A DNA stretch of 64,000 nucleotides from Methanobacterium sp. UBA353 (GCA_002496805.1 DALO01000016.1:45615-109614), one strand, 5' to 3'. Shown: positions 1 through 9,501, counted from the first letter of the stretch. Numbers and translations are program-made. Notes: a model not told the origin generated them from the letters alone.

Positions 1-774
1 CGGAGCTTTTTGGATAACACCTTCGACCAGCGCTAATAGGGCACCCCCACGTAAATTGTTAGTTTCTACTCGTTCCAAGTCCCGATGTGAAACTTCAACT
101 TGATCTGTGGGTTCACCTGTGACTTCCACAGATATATTCTGGGCTGCTGCACGTACTTCATCAGGTGAAGGAGAATACTGCAGATTTGTCACTTCCGACT
201 CGTAAAGTTCAGCTTCCTCAACGTAACGTTCAATTTCACTTTCAATCGGTTTATAAGGGTTTAAATCCATATTAATCCTTATATAATCTGCAATTAATAC
301 TGCAAGTGCCGATGCAGTCCCCCCCGCACTCCGAATGGGCCCTGTAAAGTATACTGCTAAATACCATGTTTGGTCGAAATTTCTTTTAATTGCAACTCTA
401 TCTATTCCTTCTAATGGTGCAGCCACCACTCCCTCAGTTAGAATGGATAATGCTGTCCGTACAGCCTGATCTGCAGCGGCTTCCATGATTTTATAGTGAT
501 CTTTATTACCAATGTCGGCTTCCAGCACTTTATTCGAGGTAACAATCTCTTTAGCCACATGAAAAGCTACTTCTTCCCGTGACATTTCTTCTTCTAGTTC
601 TTTGATATGTGTTGCTATTCCTGGAGGACCAACTAACCCTTCAACACGTTCTGCAAGGTTTTTTGCCAGTGGAATTTCTGGTTCGGTTTCAATGTCATGG
701 CCTTTCTTCCTAGCTTCCCTGGCTACATTATAAGCCCGTTTAGTTTCCTTTTCTAAGCTTTCAAAGTATCCCAT
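1..774 (-). CDS. polC: DNA polymerase II (PolD) large subunit DP2, N-terminal 258 codons; gene continues past the window start
   Basis: Own translation of the minus strand from ATG 774-772 gives [61 protein letters not shown]... and stays open to position 1. It matches the remembered N-terminus of euryarchaeal DP2. It is missing from the ORF track because the window edge truncates it. Confidence 0.8.
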   Translation of the reverse strand, partial: MGYFESLEKETKRAYNVAREARKKGHDIETEPEIPLAKNLAERVEGLVGPPGIATHIKELEEEMSREEVAFHVAKEIVTSNKVLEADIGNKDHYKIMEAAADQAVRTALSILTEGVVAAPLEGIDRVAIKRNFDQTWYLAVYFTGPIRSAGGTASALAVLIADYIRINMDLNPYKPIESEIERYVEEAELYESEVTNLQYSPSPDEVRAAAQNISVEVTGEPTDQVEVSHRDLERVETNNLRGGALLALVEGVIQKAP

Positions 775-1135
775 AATAATTCCCTAGTATTTTGTTTATG
801 CTAAAACAATTAAACCAACATTAGACTTTTAAACTGTAAAACCCCCAAAATGGATATAGGTGGTGTTTAAAGCCCGTATTTGGTGAACACGACTTATCGT
901 CACTAATAATTATTGGGTTGGAGGTAATTTATACTTTTTCAAAGACTTAAAATTATGAACTTATAGTTAGTTTTATAATCTCAATCTCCAATCATCACCA
1001 CTACAAATATAAGGAGGTAGAAAGTAACATTAATATGGTTAAAAATTTCATGAATACATCTTTAGAGAATTCATTAATGGAATATAATCAAATAGGTTAT
1101 GATATAACATTAATAAAGCTTATATGGTGATTTAA

Positions 1136-1291
1136 TTGGCAAAGAAAGAAAAAAAATACCTCCCACCAAGTGGGGCTGGATTGGTAAGATACTTTGAAGA
1201 AGAAACCAAAGGACCGAAACTCAGCCCAGAACAAGTCGTTATCATGAGCGTTATACTGGCTGTTTTATGCATTGCTCTACAGTTTTCCTGA
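1136..1291 (+). CDS. Preprotein translocase Sec61-beta (archaeal SecG) subunit, 51 aa
   Basis: Own translation from TTG 1136, with GGTGA at 1126-1130 as RBS: (M)AKKEKKYLPPSGAGLVRYFEEETKGPKLSPEQVVIMSVILAVLCIALQFS*. It has the GLxRYxxE motif plus a C-terminal tail-anchor TM typical of archaeal Sec61-beta. It is too short and non-ATG, so the ORF track does not list it. Confidence 0.75.
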   Translation: MAKKEKKYLPPSGAGLVRYFEEETKGPKLSPEQVVIMSVILAVLCIALQFS

Positions 1292-1444
1292 TTCTAAAAC
1301 CCCCAATTTACTTTTTTTTAACTAAGAATCTTTTGTTTGAAAAACGAATTTAATAATACTATCCAGATTTGAAGTTTTATATTTAATAATAGTATAACTT
1401 CGGAACTATGATCTAATAATTCAATGAAAATAAGGAGTTTGAAC

Positions 1445-2794
1445 ATGGCTATCCACCCCATAGAATTTCGTTACGGAACCCCAGAAATGAAAAAAATCTG
1501 GGATGCAGAAAATAAACTTCAAAAAATGCTGGAAGTTGAGGCTGCCCTTGCAGAAGCCGAAGCCCAGCTGAAATTAATACCCCAAGAAGCTGCAAAAGAA
1601 ATAAAAAATAAAGCAAACACCAAATATGTTACCAAACAAAGGGTGGATGAAATTGAAAGGGAAACCAACCATGACATTGCCTCAATTGTTAAAGCATTGG
1701 CTGAAGTGTGTGAAAAAAATGCTGGAGAATACGTACACTTCGGTGCCACATCTAACGACATCATTGACAGTTCCCAATCCTTATTACTTAAGGAATCCAT
1801 TGAAATAATACAAAAAAAAGTGAAACGTCTGGCTAAGATCGTCCTGAAATTGGCCGATGATCATAAAAAAACGGTTTGCATTGGCAGAACCCATGGACAA
1901 CACGCCCTCCCCACCACTTATGGAATGAAATTCGCAATTTGGGCAGATGAACTGCATAGACAGTATGACCGGTTAGAAGAATGCAAAGGAAGACTTTGCG
2001 TAGGTATGATGACTGGTGCTGTGGGAACCAGTGCCGCTCTGGGTGAAGAAGGATTAAATGTACACCGTAAAGTTTCAGAAGTCCTGGGACTTCCTCCAGT
2101 TCTTATATCCAATCAAGTGGTGCAAAGAGATAACCATGCAGAATATATTATGATTTTAGCCAATTTAGCGAGTACTTTGGATAAAATGGCTCTGGAAATT
2201 CGGAATCTGCAGAGAACAGAAATTCGAGAGTTGGGAGAAAGTTTTGACCCTGAAAAGCAGGTTGGATCCAGCACAATGCCCCATAAGATGAATCCCATAA
2301 CTGCAGAAAGGATTTGTGGTGTTTCGAGGGTAATTAGAGCTTATACTTCACCAGCTCTTCAGAACAATTCATTATGGCATGAAAGAGATCTTACAAACTC
2401 TTCTTCTGAACGGATAATGCTACCAGAGTCATCAATACTCACTGACTACATCCTGAATTTGACCATCAAGCTAATGGAAAAACTGGTTTTTTACCCTGAA
2501 AACATAGAAAAAAATCTCAACCTTACAGGAGGACTAATCATGGCTGAACGTTTCATGGCTGAACTTACCCTAAGAGGCATGGGAAGGCAGACTGCCTACG
2601 CCATGGTAAGGAAGTGTGCTCTGGAGGCAAACAAAGATGGTATCAGCTTAAAAGATGTGATACTGCGACAAACAGAGATAAATAATTATTTAACCCCGGA
2701 TGAGGTGGATGAAATTATGGATCCCCACACATATCTGGGATCTTCTGTTCAGATGGTTGATAATGTTCTAGATGAATCTGAAAGATGGTTTTAA
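1445..2794 (+). CDS. purB: Adenylosuccinate lyase
   Basis: ORF track 1424..2794. The likely true start is ATG 1445, with AAGGAG about 8 nt upstream. It carries the fumarate-lyase signature GSSTMPHKMNP and an IEFRYGTPEM N-terminus typical of PurB. Confidence 0.9.
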   Translation: MAIHPIEFRYGTPEMKKIWDAENKLQKMLEVEAALAEAEAQLKLIPQEAAKEIKNKANTKYVTKQRVDEIERETNHDIASIVKALAEVCEKNAGEYVHFGATSNDIIDSSQSLLLKESIEIIQKKVKRLAKIVLKLADDHKKTVCIGRTHGQHALPTTYGMKFAIWADELHRQYDRLEECKGRLCVGMMTGAVGTSAALGEEGLNVHRKVSEVLGLPPVLISNQVVQRDNHAEYIMILANLASTLDKMALEIRNLQRTEIRELGESFDPEKQVGSSTMPHKMNPITAERICGVSRVIRAYTSPALQNNSLWHERDLTNSSSERIMLPESSILTDYILNLTIKLMEKLVFYPENIEKNLNLTGGLIMAERFMAELTLRGMGRQTAYAMVRKCALEANKDGISLKDVILRQTEINNYLTPDEVDEIMDPHTYLGSSVQMVDNVLDESERWF

Positions 2795-2994
2795 ACTATC
2801 CAATAATAATTACCCTAATTACTAATTCTTTTATTTTCTTCTTTCTAATCATAATATTTGAATAGTTTGTTGACATTTAATCTATTTTTTGCCTCATTTA
2901 CGGATTTAAGTAGATTTTACATGCCTAAAACGAAAAATTAATATATGACCATGAATAAATAACATTACACTGATTGTAAACGGAGGTGAAAAAG

Positions 2995-3879
2995 ATGGTA
3001 GACATAAAAGAGATTAAACATATTAAAACCGCACCGTTCACATTGATGACATCAGCTATACACGCTGTCTTAGCTTTCATTGTGGCCATAATACTTCTGC
3101 TGAGTTTAGGAGTTTTAGCAGCCATACCTGAATTAAGTGCTATTTCAGGAGTTTTATTAACTTTAGGAGTGGCATTGGTTATTTTAATTCCCGTGACTTC
3201 ATTCCTCTATAACATCGTTGGCGCGTTCGTCATTGCATTGTTATACAATGTACTGACACCTAAAGTGGGCGGTATAAAACTGGGAATGGAAGGAGAGGAA
3301 GTTAAATCAATTCCAGTTGTTTCTTATGCCCTAATCCTAGCATGTATAAGTGCAATACTCACATTTATACTCGGGCTGTACGTTGGTCTTGCTGGTACTC
3401 CAGTACTTACCTTATTGAGTATTATCATACCACAAGTTACTGATGCAACTGGATCATTCATGGCCATGTTCGGAGGTATCTGGGCTGTTTTCTGGATCAT
3501 TCTGATGCCCATACTGGTGTTCATATTCTCCTTCATTGGAATGGCACTTTTCGCCCTATTCTACAACGTGCTAATACCCAAAATCGGAGGAATAAAACTC
3601 ATATTTGGTGAAGCAGGAAAGGCCTTTGAACTAACCAACATACCCGCAGTTCCGGCTGCTCTGGCATTAGCAGTAGTGCAAGCCGTTTTTGGGCTCTTGC
3701 AAGGAATATTGTATATGATTCAGTATAGCATGTTAGGAAATGTTGTAGGAGGATTAGTAGTACTAATTGTACAGATCATATCCTCGTTCATCATAACTTT
3801 CATCTTCATTGTCTTGGCAGCAATAATTTACAATTTCTTACAGCCCAAAATCGGTGGAGTCAAACTGGAACTTGAGTAA
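2995..3879 (+). CDS. Polytopic membrane protein with three internal ~100-aa repeats, unknown family (paralog of 4058..4960)
   Basis: ORF track 2986..3879. ATG 2995 is preferred because GGAGGTGA sits at 2982-2989 and the N-terminus MVDIKEIKHIKTAPFTLM aligns with the paralog's MEEIKEIKSVTIVPFTLM. The three repeat ends are LLYNVLTPKVGGIKLGME, LFYNVLIPKIGGIKLIFG and IIYNFLQPKIGGVKLELE. Confidence 0.8.
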   Translation: MVDIKEIKHIKTAPFTLMTSAIHAVLAFIVAIILLLSLGVLAAIPELSAISGVLLTLGVALVILIPVTSFLYNIVGAFVIALLYNVLTPKVGGIKLGMEGEEVKSIPVVSYALILACISAILTFILGLYVGLAGTPVLTLLSIIIPQVTDATGSFMAMFGGIWAVFWIILMPILVFIFSFIGMALFALFYNVLIPKIGGIKLIFGEAGKAFELTNIPAVPAALALAVVQAVFGLLQGILYMIQYSMLGNVVGGLVVLIVQIISSFIITFIFIVLAAIIYNFLQPKIGGVKLELE

Positions 3880-4057
3880 TTATTCCAAAAAAAATATTTC
3901 CCCCCTTTTCTTTTATTTTTATAAAAAGCTTTTCCATGGTTATTTTTCAAATGAAAATATTCAAAATATCTTTTTTAGCCTAAAAATCTAGAGAAAAATA
4001 TTATAAATAGGATTATCTACAATATTAAATTTTATCATAAATTAGGAGGCAAATGAA

Positions 4058-4960
4058 ATGGAAGAAATTAAAGAAATTAAATCTGTTACCATAGTGCCCT
4101 TCACTTTGATGAATTCAGCAATGTCAGTAATTCTGGGACTTATCTATGCATTGATATTAATACTGGTTCTGGGATTAGTGGCTTTTTTCATACCATCAAC
4201 AGCTAGTACAATCATTGGATTACTGTTAACATCAGTTGTAGCTATTATTCTCGTATTACCAACAGGATTGTTTTTAGTGAATATCATGCATTTTTTCTTA
4301 GTATCATTGATTTACAATTTACTGGTGCCACGATTGGGCGGTATAAAACTGAAATTGGATGATATGGAAGAAATTAAAGTTATCCCAGTAATTCCTCTGT
4401 CTTTGATGGTTTCCGCTGTCAACACTATTTATATTTTGATTTTGATGTTGATAGTGGCTCCAATATTGATGTTGGCTCTGCAAAGTGCTGCTCTTGCAGC
4501 TATTAGTACCACAAGTTCGTTGCCAGAAATTGGGGGCTTCAGTGCCTTAGGAATTATTGGAATTATCATGATGATAATAGGAATCCCCATAATGACCTTC
4601 ATATCGACCTTCATCTACAGCGCTATAATGGCATTACTATACAATTTCTTAACACCTAAAATAGGAGGTATACGGCTCAAATTTAATTCTTTGCAAGGTA
4701 ATCTGTTTGAACTGAAAAAAATCAAGCCTATACCATTAGCCTTGATTTTTGCAGTGGTAACAACCATTTTGAACTTGATAGTATCCATTCCAAACATTAT
4801 AATGTATTTAACCTTAAAAGAACCATTATTTGCAATTGGATTTTTAATCGGAGACATTGTGGGAACTTTCATACTTGTTTTCGTTATATCCGCCATCACA
4901 GCACTTATATACAACTTTTTAAGACCTACAATTGGAGGGATTGAGTTAGAATTGGAATAA
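4058..4960 (+). CDS. Polytopic membrane protein with three internal ~100-aa repeats, unknown family (paralog of 2995..3879)
   Basis: 300-aa ORF with AGGAGG upstream. The repeat ends are LIYNLLVPRLGGIKLKLD, LLYNFLTPKIGGIRLKFN and LIYNFLRPTIGGIELELE. Each repeat opens with a short charged segment (EEIKEIKSVTIVPFTLM, MEEIKVIPVIPLSLM, LFELKKIKPIPLAL) followed by hydrophobic spans. Confidence 0.8.
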   Translation: MEEIKEIKSVTIVPFTLMNSAMSVILGLIYALILILVLGLVAFFIPSTASTIIGLLLTSVVAIILVLPTGLFLVNIMHFFLVSLIYNLLVPRLGGIKLKLDDMEEIKVIPVIPLSLMVSAVNTIYILILMLIVAPILMLALQSAALAAISTTSSLPEIGGFSALGIIGIIMMIIGIPIMTFISTFIYSAIMALLYNFLTPKIGGIRLKFNSLQGNLFELKKIKPIPLALIFAVVTTILNLIVSIPNIIMYLTLKEPLFAIGFLIGDIVGTFILVFVISAITALIYNFLRPTIGGIELELE

Positions 4961-5073
4961 CATTGTTTGGTTAATATTACTTGATTAAACATAATTGAAC
5001 CATTTCTAAGCCCAGATAGGTTTATTTGTAAACCTATCCCCTATTTTATACACGAAAAGAGGAATAGCTTATC

Positions 5074-5484
5074 ATGACCGTTAACATTATTAAGTGCCGT
5101 AAAATTTCTCGTGGTAAAGCCAAAGGTGAAGTAATAGTATCCGACAACCCATTAAGTTTTCTGGGCGGTGTTGACCCTAACACTGGAAACGTTATTGATA
5201 GGGGGCACCAACTCTATCAACAGAATATTAGTGATAAAATACTGGTTATTCCATCTGGTAAAGGTTCTACTGTTGGTTCGTATGTGATCTTTCAGATGGC
5301 AAAAAACAAAACTGCACCCCGGGCAATAATTGCAATGGAAGCAGAGCCAATAATCGCTACTGGAGCCATAATGGCCAGTATCCCCCTGGTTGATCATCCG
5401 GAAGAGGACATTTTTGAGATTTTATCCAATGGTGACCTGGTGGAAGTTGATGCAGATGCCCAAATTATTAAAGTAGAAATTTAA
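5074..5484 (+). CDS. DUF126 / aconitase-X swivel-domain protein (probable small subunit of phosphomevalonate dehydratase of the archaeal mevalonate pathway)
   Basis: 136 aa. The segments [21 protein letters not shown] and [14 protein letters not shown] resemble the AcnX small-subunit family as I remember it. Confidence 0.65.
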   Translation: MTVNIIKCRKISRGKAKGEVIVSDNPLSFLGGVDPNTGNVIDRGHQLYQQNISDKILVIPSGKGSTVGSYVIFQMAKNKTAPRAIIAMEAEPIIATGAIMASIPLVDHPEEDIFEILSNGDLVEVDADAQIIKVEI

Positions 5485-5598
5485 AAATCAGGGGATTTTT
5501 TAGAATTAAAATCCATTTTAATATTTTTAAATCACGTAGAGAATATGCGATTTAAAAAAAAAATAGAAAAAAAGTTTGGACATGATTTCTTCTTTTAA

Positions 5599-5985
5599 TC
5601 ATTTTTCCTTAATTTCAACACCAATAACTCCCCCAACAGCCCCCAATACTCCCCCTACGAGTATTGTAATTGCTGTCACGAAAATCCCTGCAATTAAGGT
5701 TGCTGTACCTGTTATCATGCCAATTTTTGTAAATATTAGTCCTATTATGGCACTTAAAACTCCGAATCCTGCAATGAATATAATTCCAATAATTAAACCA
5801 CCGATAATTCCCGTTAAAGCACCTTCTGCCAGGGCATCTTTTTTTTCCCCGGTTCCAATGTAGGTTGCCAGCATCCCCCCAATTATGGGACCTAAAAAGA
5901 ATAGTGGGAAAAATGTTACCATGAAGACTATGGATAAAACCGCGTTTATAAGGGATCCAACCCCCACTGTTTTCCAGTCAATCAT
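5599..5985 (-). CDS. Small glycine-rich (glycine-zipper) integral membrane protein, DUF5518-like
   Basis: ORF track 5599..5994. The likely start is ATG 5985, with AAGGAG upstream. The product starts [12 protein letters not shown]... and has about four hydrophobic GxxxG-rich spans. It is a paralog of the next two genes. Confidence 0.7.
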   Translation of the reverse strand: MIDWKTVGVGSLINAVLSIVFMVTFFPLFFLGPIIGGMLATYIGTGEKKDALAEGALTGIIGGLIIGIIFIAGFGVLSAIIGLIFTKIGMITGTATLIAGIFVTAITILVGGVLGAVGGVIGVEIKEK

Positions 5986-6352
5986 ATCTACCACTCCTTA
6001 AATCAATACATCATTAAAATTAATATATAACCCATAGTTTATTATCTACTTCATGATATTAATATTGAAAATTATCCTGATCCAAATGAGTTTCTTCTCA
6101 TATTTTCTCATTTTATTTTAAAACAGATAATATCCCCCCAAGGGTTAAAAAGAATACAAAAAATACTGCCCAAAGAAAATACAATATTAATTAGCTAATA
6201 ACAGTTTTTCGATAAATTGATTTTGACTTCCTAAATTCCCCTAATTAATTCATAGTTAATAGTCAATTAATATCAGAAAAGGTTGGATTTGGGAAAATAA
6301 CCTAGCTCACTTAAAATAAATTAACAAAAAAAATGAATAGATTGTTCTTGGT

Positions 6353-6724
6353 TTACACTGGTCCTGGTTCACCTTTTATCAAAGCACCAATTAATCCTCC
6401 AACTGCCATGATAATCAGAACCCCTAACGATCCTAGTATCATGACCAATGAAGTTACTGTAGCAGCTGCGAATCCGATGAAACCAAGGATTAGGGTTCCG
6501 AAAATGAGCAATAATATCGACAAAACTATGGCTCCAAATAAACCTGAAATTGCTCCATTTGCAGCACCGTTACCAGCAGTTCCCCCCACCATGTATCCGA
6601 CTACCATTCCAGCTAATAACCATCCCAATAATGCACCCACTCCAGGAATAATAGCTGCAAAAATAGCTCCCAATACTATGGATAGGATAAACCCAATAAT
6701 AACTGCTCCCCAGTTGATTTCCAT
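6353..6724 (-). CDS. Small glycine-rich integral membrane protein, paralog
   Basis: ORF track 6353..6739. ATG 6724 ([14 protein letters not shown]...) is preceded by GGAGGT. It has the same (I/V)xW..VIIG N-terminus and the same ALIKG C-terminus as 6760..7122. Confidence 0.7.
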   Translation of the reverse strand: MEINWGAVIIGFILSIVLGAIFAAIIPGVGALLGWLLAGMVVGYMVGGTAGNGAANGAISGLFGAIVLSILLLIFGTLILGFIGFAAATVTSLVMILGSLGVLIIMAVGGLIGALIKGEPGPV

Positions 6725-6759
6725 ATTTTTAACCTCCATTAAAAAAAAAAAATTTAATC

Positions 6760-7122
6760 TTACGCTGCTGGTGCATCACCTTTGATTAAGGCTCCTACAG
6801 CACCACAAATTCCACCAATAATTGCATAAATAATTACTGCAATTATTAATGCTACTATGCCTATTCCTACTCCAGCTAATCCTGCTAAAGCTCCACCGAT
6901 AATCATTACTATGATTCCAGCAAGTATCCCTGCAACAACTCCTACGAGTGCTCCATGGATAGCGCCGTTCATATATCCACCAGCAACACTGTAACCAACA
7001 TATGCAGTCGCGATTATATATGCAATTATGCCCCATCCTGGAAGAACCATGTCAATAATTAAACTGAGTATTAATGCAATTACTATACCAATGATAACCG
7101 GCATCCACTTAACTTCTACCAT
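6760..7122 (-). CDS. Small glycine-rich integral membrane protein, paralog
   Basis: ORF track 6760..7137. ATG 7122 ([15 protein letters not shown]...) is preceded by GGGGTGA. The C-terminus [14 protein letters not shown] parallels [15 protein letters not shown] of the neighbouring gene. Confidence 0.7.
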   Translation of the reverse strand: MVEVKWMPVIIGIVIALILSLIIDMVLPGWGIIAYIIATAYVGYSVAGGYMNGAIHGALVGVVAGILAGIIVMIIGGALAGLAGVGIGIVALIIAVIIYAIIGGICGAVGALIKGDAPAA

Positions 7123-7229
7123 ACTTTTCACCCCCATTAATTTTTTAAATTCACATACTAATTATCTTAATAATGTCCTTAATATTTTTTTCCTTATAAT
7201 TTCACATCTCTGATGAAATAAGAATAAAA

Positions 7230-7278
7230 ATTAATAGTAACAGAGTATCTGATTTGGTGTGAAAATTCAGAGGATATT
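7230..7278 (+). repeat. Left terminal inverted repeat of the IS remnant
   Basis: See the mobile element entry. This end also contains a perfect 10-bp hairpin just inside it: AGGTTTGAAT 7280-7289 pairing with ATTCAAACCT 7306-7315. Confidence 0.5.
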
Positions 7279-7709
7279 TAGGTTTGAATTCACACATCGA
7301 TTGTTATTCAAACCTTAATACTAAAAATACAGTTGAATAATTTTTATATGCCAATATAGAATATTAAAAATCTAAAAATTTATCAATAAGAGAATATGAT
7401 ATTTTATAAGACGATAAAAATGAATATCCCATTAAATCCTGATTAAAAAGATCTAATTTTGGACCTTGTTTGGCAAAGTAATTTTAACTTATCGATAGTA
7501 GAACATTCCGGCAGAAACTAGCTCAAAACAGGCTGCAAAGCATGAAAAAATATCAAACTATGCTAAAAATAGTATTACTTGCTTCATATTTTAATTTAGA
7601 AGTGTCACATGGTTATTAGAAGTGAAAAACCGTCAGAAGCTTCGGAAAGTTTTAAACATTGACGACTTCTTAATGTTAAAACAGGGGAGAGAGGTTTATT
7701 CAAAAAAAA

Positions 7710-8006
7710 ATGAACAAAAAATACCTAGAAATAACATTAAATAAACTAGAATTTAAAAAAATAAGGGGCTTTAAAACGGTTTTACTCGATTCAGCACCAT
7801 TACTTATTGATTCAAAATTCAATGAAAGTCCAGAACAATATACAAGGAACTAAAAAAAATGATTATTCGAATTACTTCCAAAATGGGAGGATTTTCACCG
7901 AACCAGATGGAAAATTGAAAAAATATACGAATTTTTCAAAGAAAACTTAGGATTATGCCATATACATGCATATACCAAACGATCAGCCCATAAAAAGCCT
8001 GTTTAA
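7710..8006 (+). pseudogene. DDE transposase pseudogene (IS4-like), two out-of-frame fragments with the middle deleted
   Basis: Fragment 1 (7710-7853) reads [37 protein letters not shown]..., where the DS motif resembles the first catalytic Asp region. Fragment 2 (7863-8006) reads [47 protein letters not shown]. It carries the R-x3-E-x6-K spacing of the IS4-family YREK signature. Confidence 0.55.
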
Positions 8007-8028
8007 ATCTACTTTTACAAAAAATACT

Positions 8029-8100
8029 AATATCCTCTGACCAAAAAAAATCTACAACTTAGAAAACTTCACCTAAAATAGACACTCTGTTAATATTAAT
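8029..8100 (-). repeat. Right terminal inverted repeat of the IS remnant
   Basis: The reverse complement aligns with 7230-7278, with an insertion of about 22 nt between the two conserved blocks. Confidence 0.5.
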
Positions 8101-8271
8101 AAGAAATTTATCAATGATTGTCGATGACTTCATTATAAAAAGGGATTATTTTCATTATTTGCAATTTATTTATATCCATATACAATGATTCTCAGATAAA
8201 AAAATAACAATTATAACCAACAGATCAATCAATAATTTCAAGTGGGATAAACTGGTTGATGGTGACACATA

Positions 8272-9501
8272 ATGTACTTTCTAATCCATAACGGAAAGCT
8301 CATAGATGGTAATGGTGGAAAACCTGTAAAAGACGGAATAGTACTGATAAAAAATGGGAAAATCGTTGATGTTGGTGATGAAAAATCGGTTGAAGTTCCA
8401 GATGGTGAAATTAAACGTTTAAATGCTCAAAAAGGATTCATATTACCCGGATTCATTGATTGTCACGTGCACATGATGTTTAATGGTTTCCGCTTTGAAA
8501 ACCCGTTGTACACACCACTGTCTCTTTATTTCTATGAAGCTGTTAGAAATTTGGAAAAAACCTTGGAAACAGGAGTCACCACTGTAAGAGATGCTGGAAT
8601 GGCTGATTATGGTGTAAAAATAGCAGTTGAAAAAGGGCTGATAAAAGGCCCCCGTCTCCAGATCAGTGTTATGCCCCTATCCATAACTGGAGGACACTTC
8701 GATTTACAACTCAAATCTGGTAAAACCGTTAAAATCAGCTACCCGGGATTGCCTGAATCAGTCTGCGACGGAACAGAAGAAGTACGAAAAAGAGTTAGAG
8801 AAGTTTTAAGGGCAGGCGCAGAAGTTGTTAAAGTCATGGTAACTGGAGGCGTAATAAGCGCCAATGACAGCCCAGAACATCCCCAATTTACCGAGGAAGA
8901 ATTGAAAATAGTGGTTGAAGAAGCATTTTATCGCAATTTACCAGTTATGGCCCATGCACATGGTTCTTTCGGTATTAAAAATGCTTTGAATGCTGGAATA
9001 AGATCCATTGAACATGGAACATATCTTGATGAAGAATGTATTCAGCTTCTACTGGAAAAGGATGCATGGTTAGTAACTACTCAACTGGCACATTGGAACA
9101 ACTTAGATCTTCTGGAAGCTGGAAAACTTCCTGATTTCAGTGAGGAAGATTCCTATAAAGTGGCCATGAACAGCCATAAGAATATGAAAAAAGCTTACGA
9201 AGCAGGAGTGAAAATTGTAATGGGAACCGATAGTGGAATAGCCCCTCATGGCCAGAATTTACGTGAATTGGAATTTTTATGTAATATAGGGATGACACCA
9301 ATGGAGGCAATTCAGGCAGGCACTAAAAAGGCAGCAGAACTACTGGGAATGGAAGATAAAATAGGAACCCTGGAAAAAGGAAAACTAGCTGACGTAGTTG
9401 TAAGTAAAACAAATCCACTAGATGATATCAAATCTCTGGGCAATCCTGAAAACATAATTATGGTAATGAAGGAAGGGCAAATTTATAAAAACATCGGATA
9501 A
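8272..9501 (+). CDS. Metal-dependent amidohydrolase family protein
   Basis: 409 aa with FIDCHVHM, MAHAHGS and MGTDSG motifs characteristic of the amidohydrolase superfamily. The substrate cannot be told from the sequence alone. Confidence 0.8.
   Translation: MYFLIHNGKLIDGNGGKPVKDGIVLIKNGKIVDVGDEKSVEVPDGEIKRLNAQKGFILPGFIDCHVHMMFNGFRFENPLYTPLSLYFYEAVRNLEKTLETGVTTVRDAGMADYGVKIAVEKGLIKGPRLQISVMPLSITGGHFDLQLKSGKTVKISYPGLPESVCDGTEEVRKRVREVLRAGAEVVKVMVTGGVISANDSPEHPQFTEEELKIVVEEAFYRNLPVMAHAHGSFGIKNALNAGIRSIEHGTYLDEECIQLLLEKDAWLVTTQLAHWNNLDLLEAGKLPDFSEEDSYKVAMNSHKNMKKAYEAGVKIVMGTDSGIAPHGQNLRELEFLCNIGMTPMEAIQAGTKKAAELLGMEDKIGTLEKGKLADVVVSKTNPLDDIKSLGNPENIIMVMKEGQIYKNIG

Larger units (their letters stand above)
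7230..8100 (+). mobile_element. Decayed insertion sequence (~870 bp) with imperfect terminal inverted repeats and a broken DDE transposase
   Basis: The left end ATTAATAGTAACAGAGTATCT...CAGAGGATATT (7230-7278) matches the reverse complement of the right end, ATTAATATTAACAGAGTGTCT...CAGAGGATATT (8100-8029). The first 21 nt agree at 19 positions and an 11-nt block is identical. Transposase fragments lie in between. Confidence 0.55.

Noticed and set aside
5576-6785. Pro/Ile/Thr/Asn-rich ORFs (5576..5863 and 6333..6785, + strand) opposite the glycine-rich membrane genes
   Set aside because: They are the complement of GGN/ATN-rich codons, so Gly codons read as Pro/Thr on the other strand. The minus-strand genes have SD motifs and paralogy support; the plus-strand ORFs have neither.
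6776-7036. 86-aa Trp/Cys/Arg-rich ORF in an alternative frame of the same strand as 6760..7122
   Set aside because: It is an out-of-frame reading of a Gly-rich gene with an implausible composition, and it has no independent start signals.
7198-7267. C/D-box-sRNA-like arrangement: TGATGA at 7211, CTGA at 7249, flanked by the 7-bp inverted repeat TTTCACA/TGTGAAA
   Set aside because: There are no internal D'/C' boxes, and the putative guide regions are almost pure A/T. The segment also falls inside the left terminal inverted repeat of the IS remnant, which explains the sequence better.
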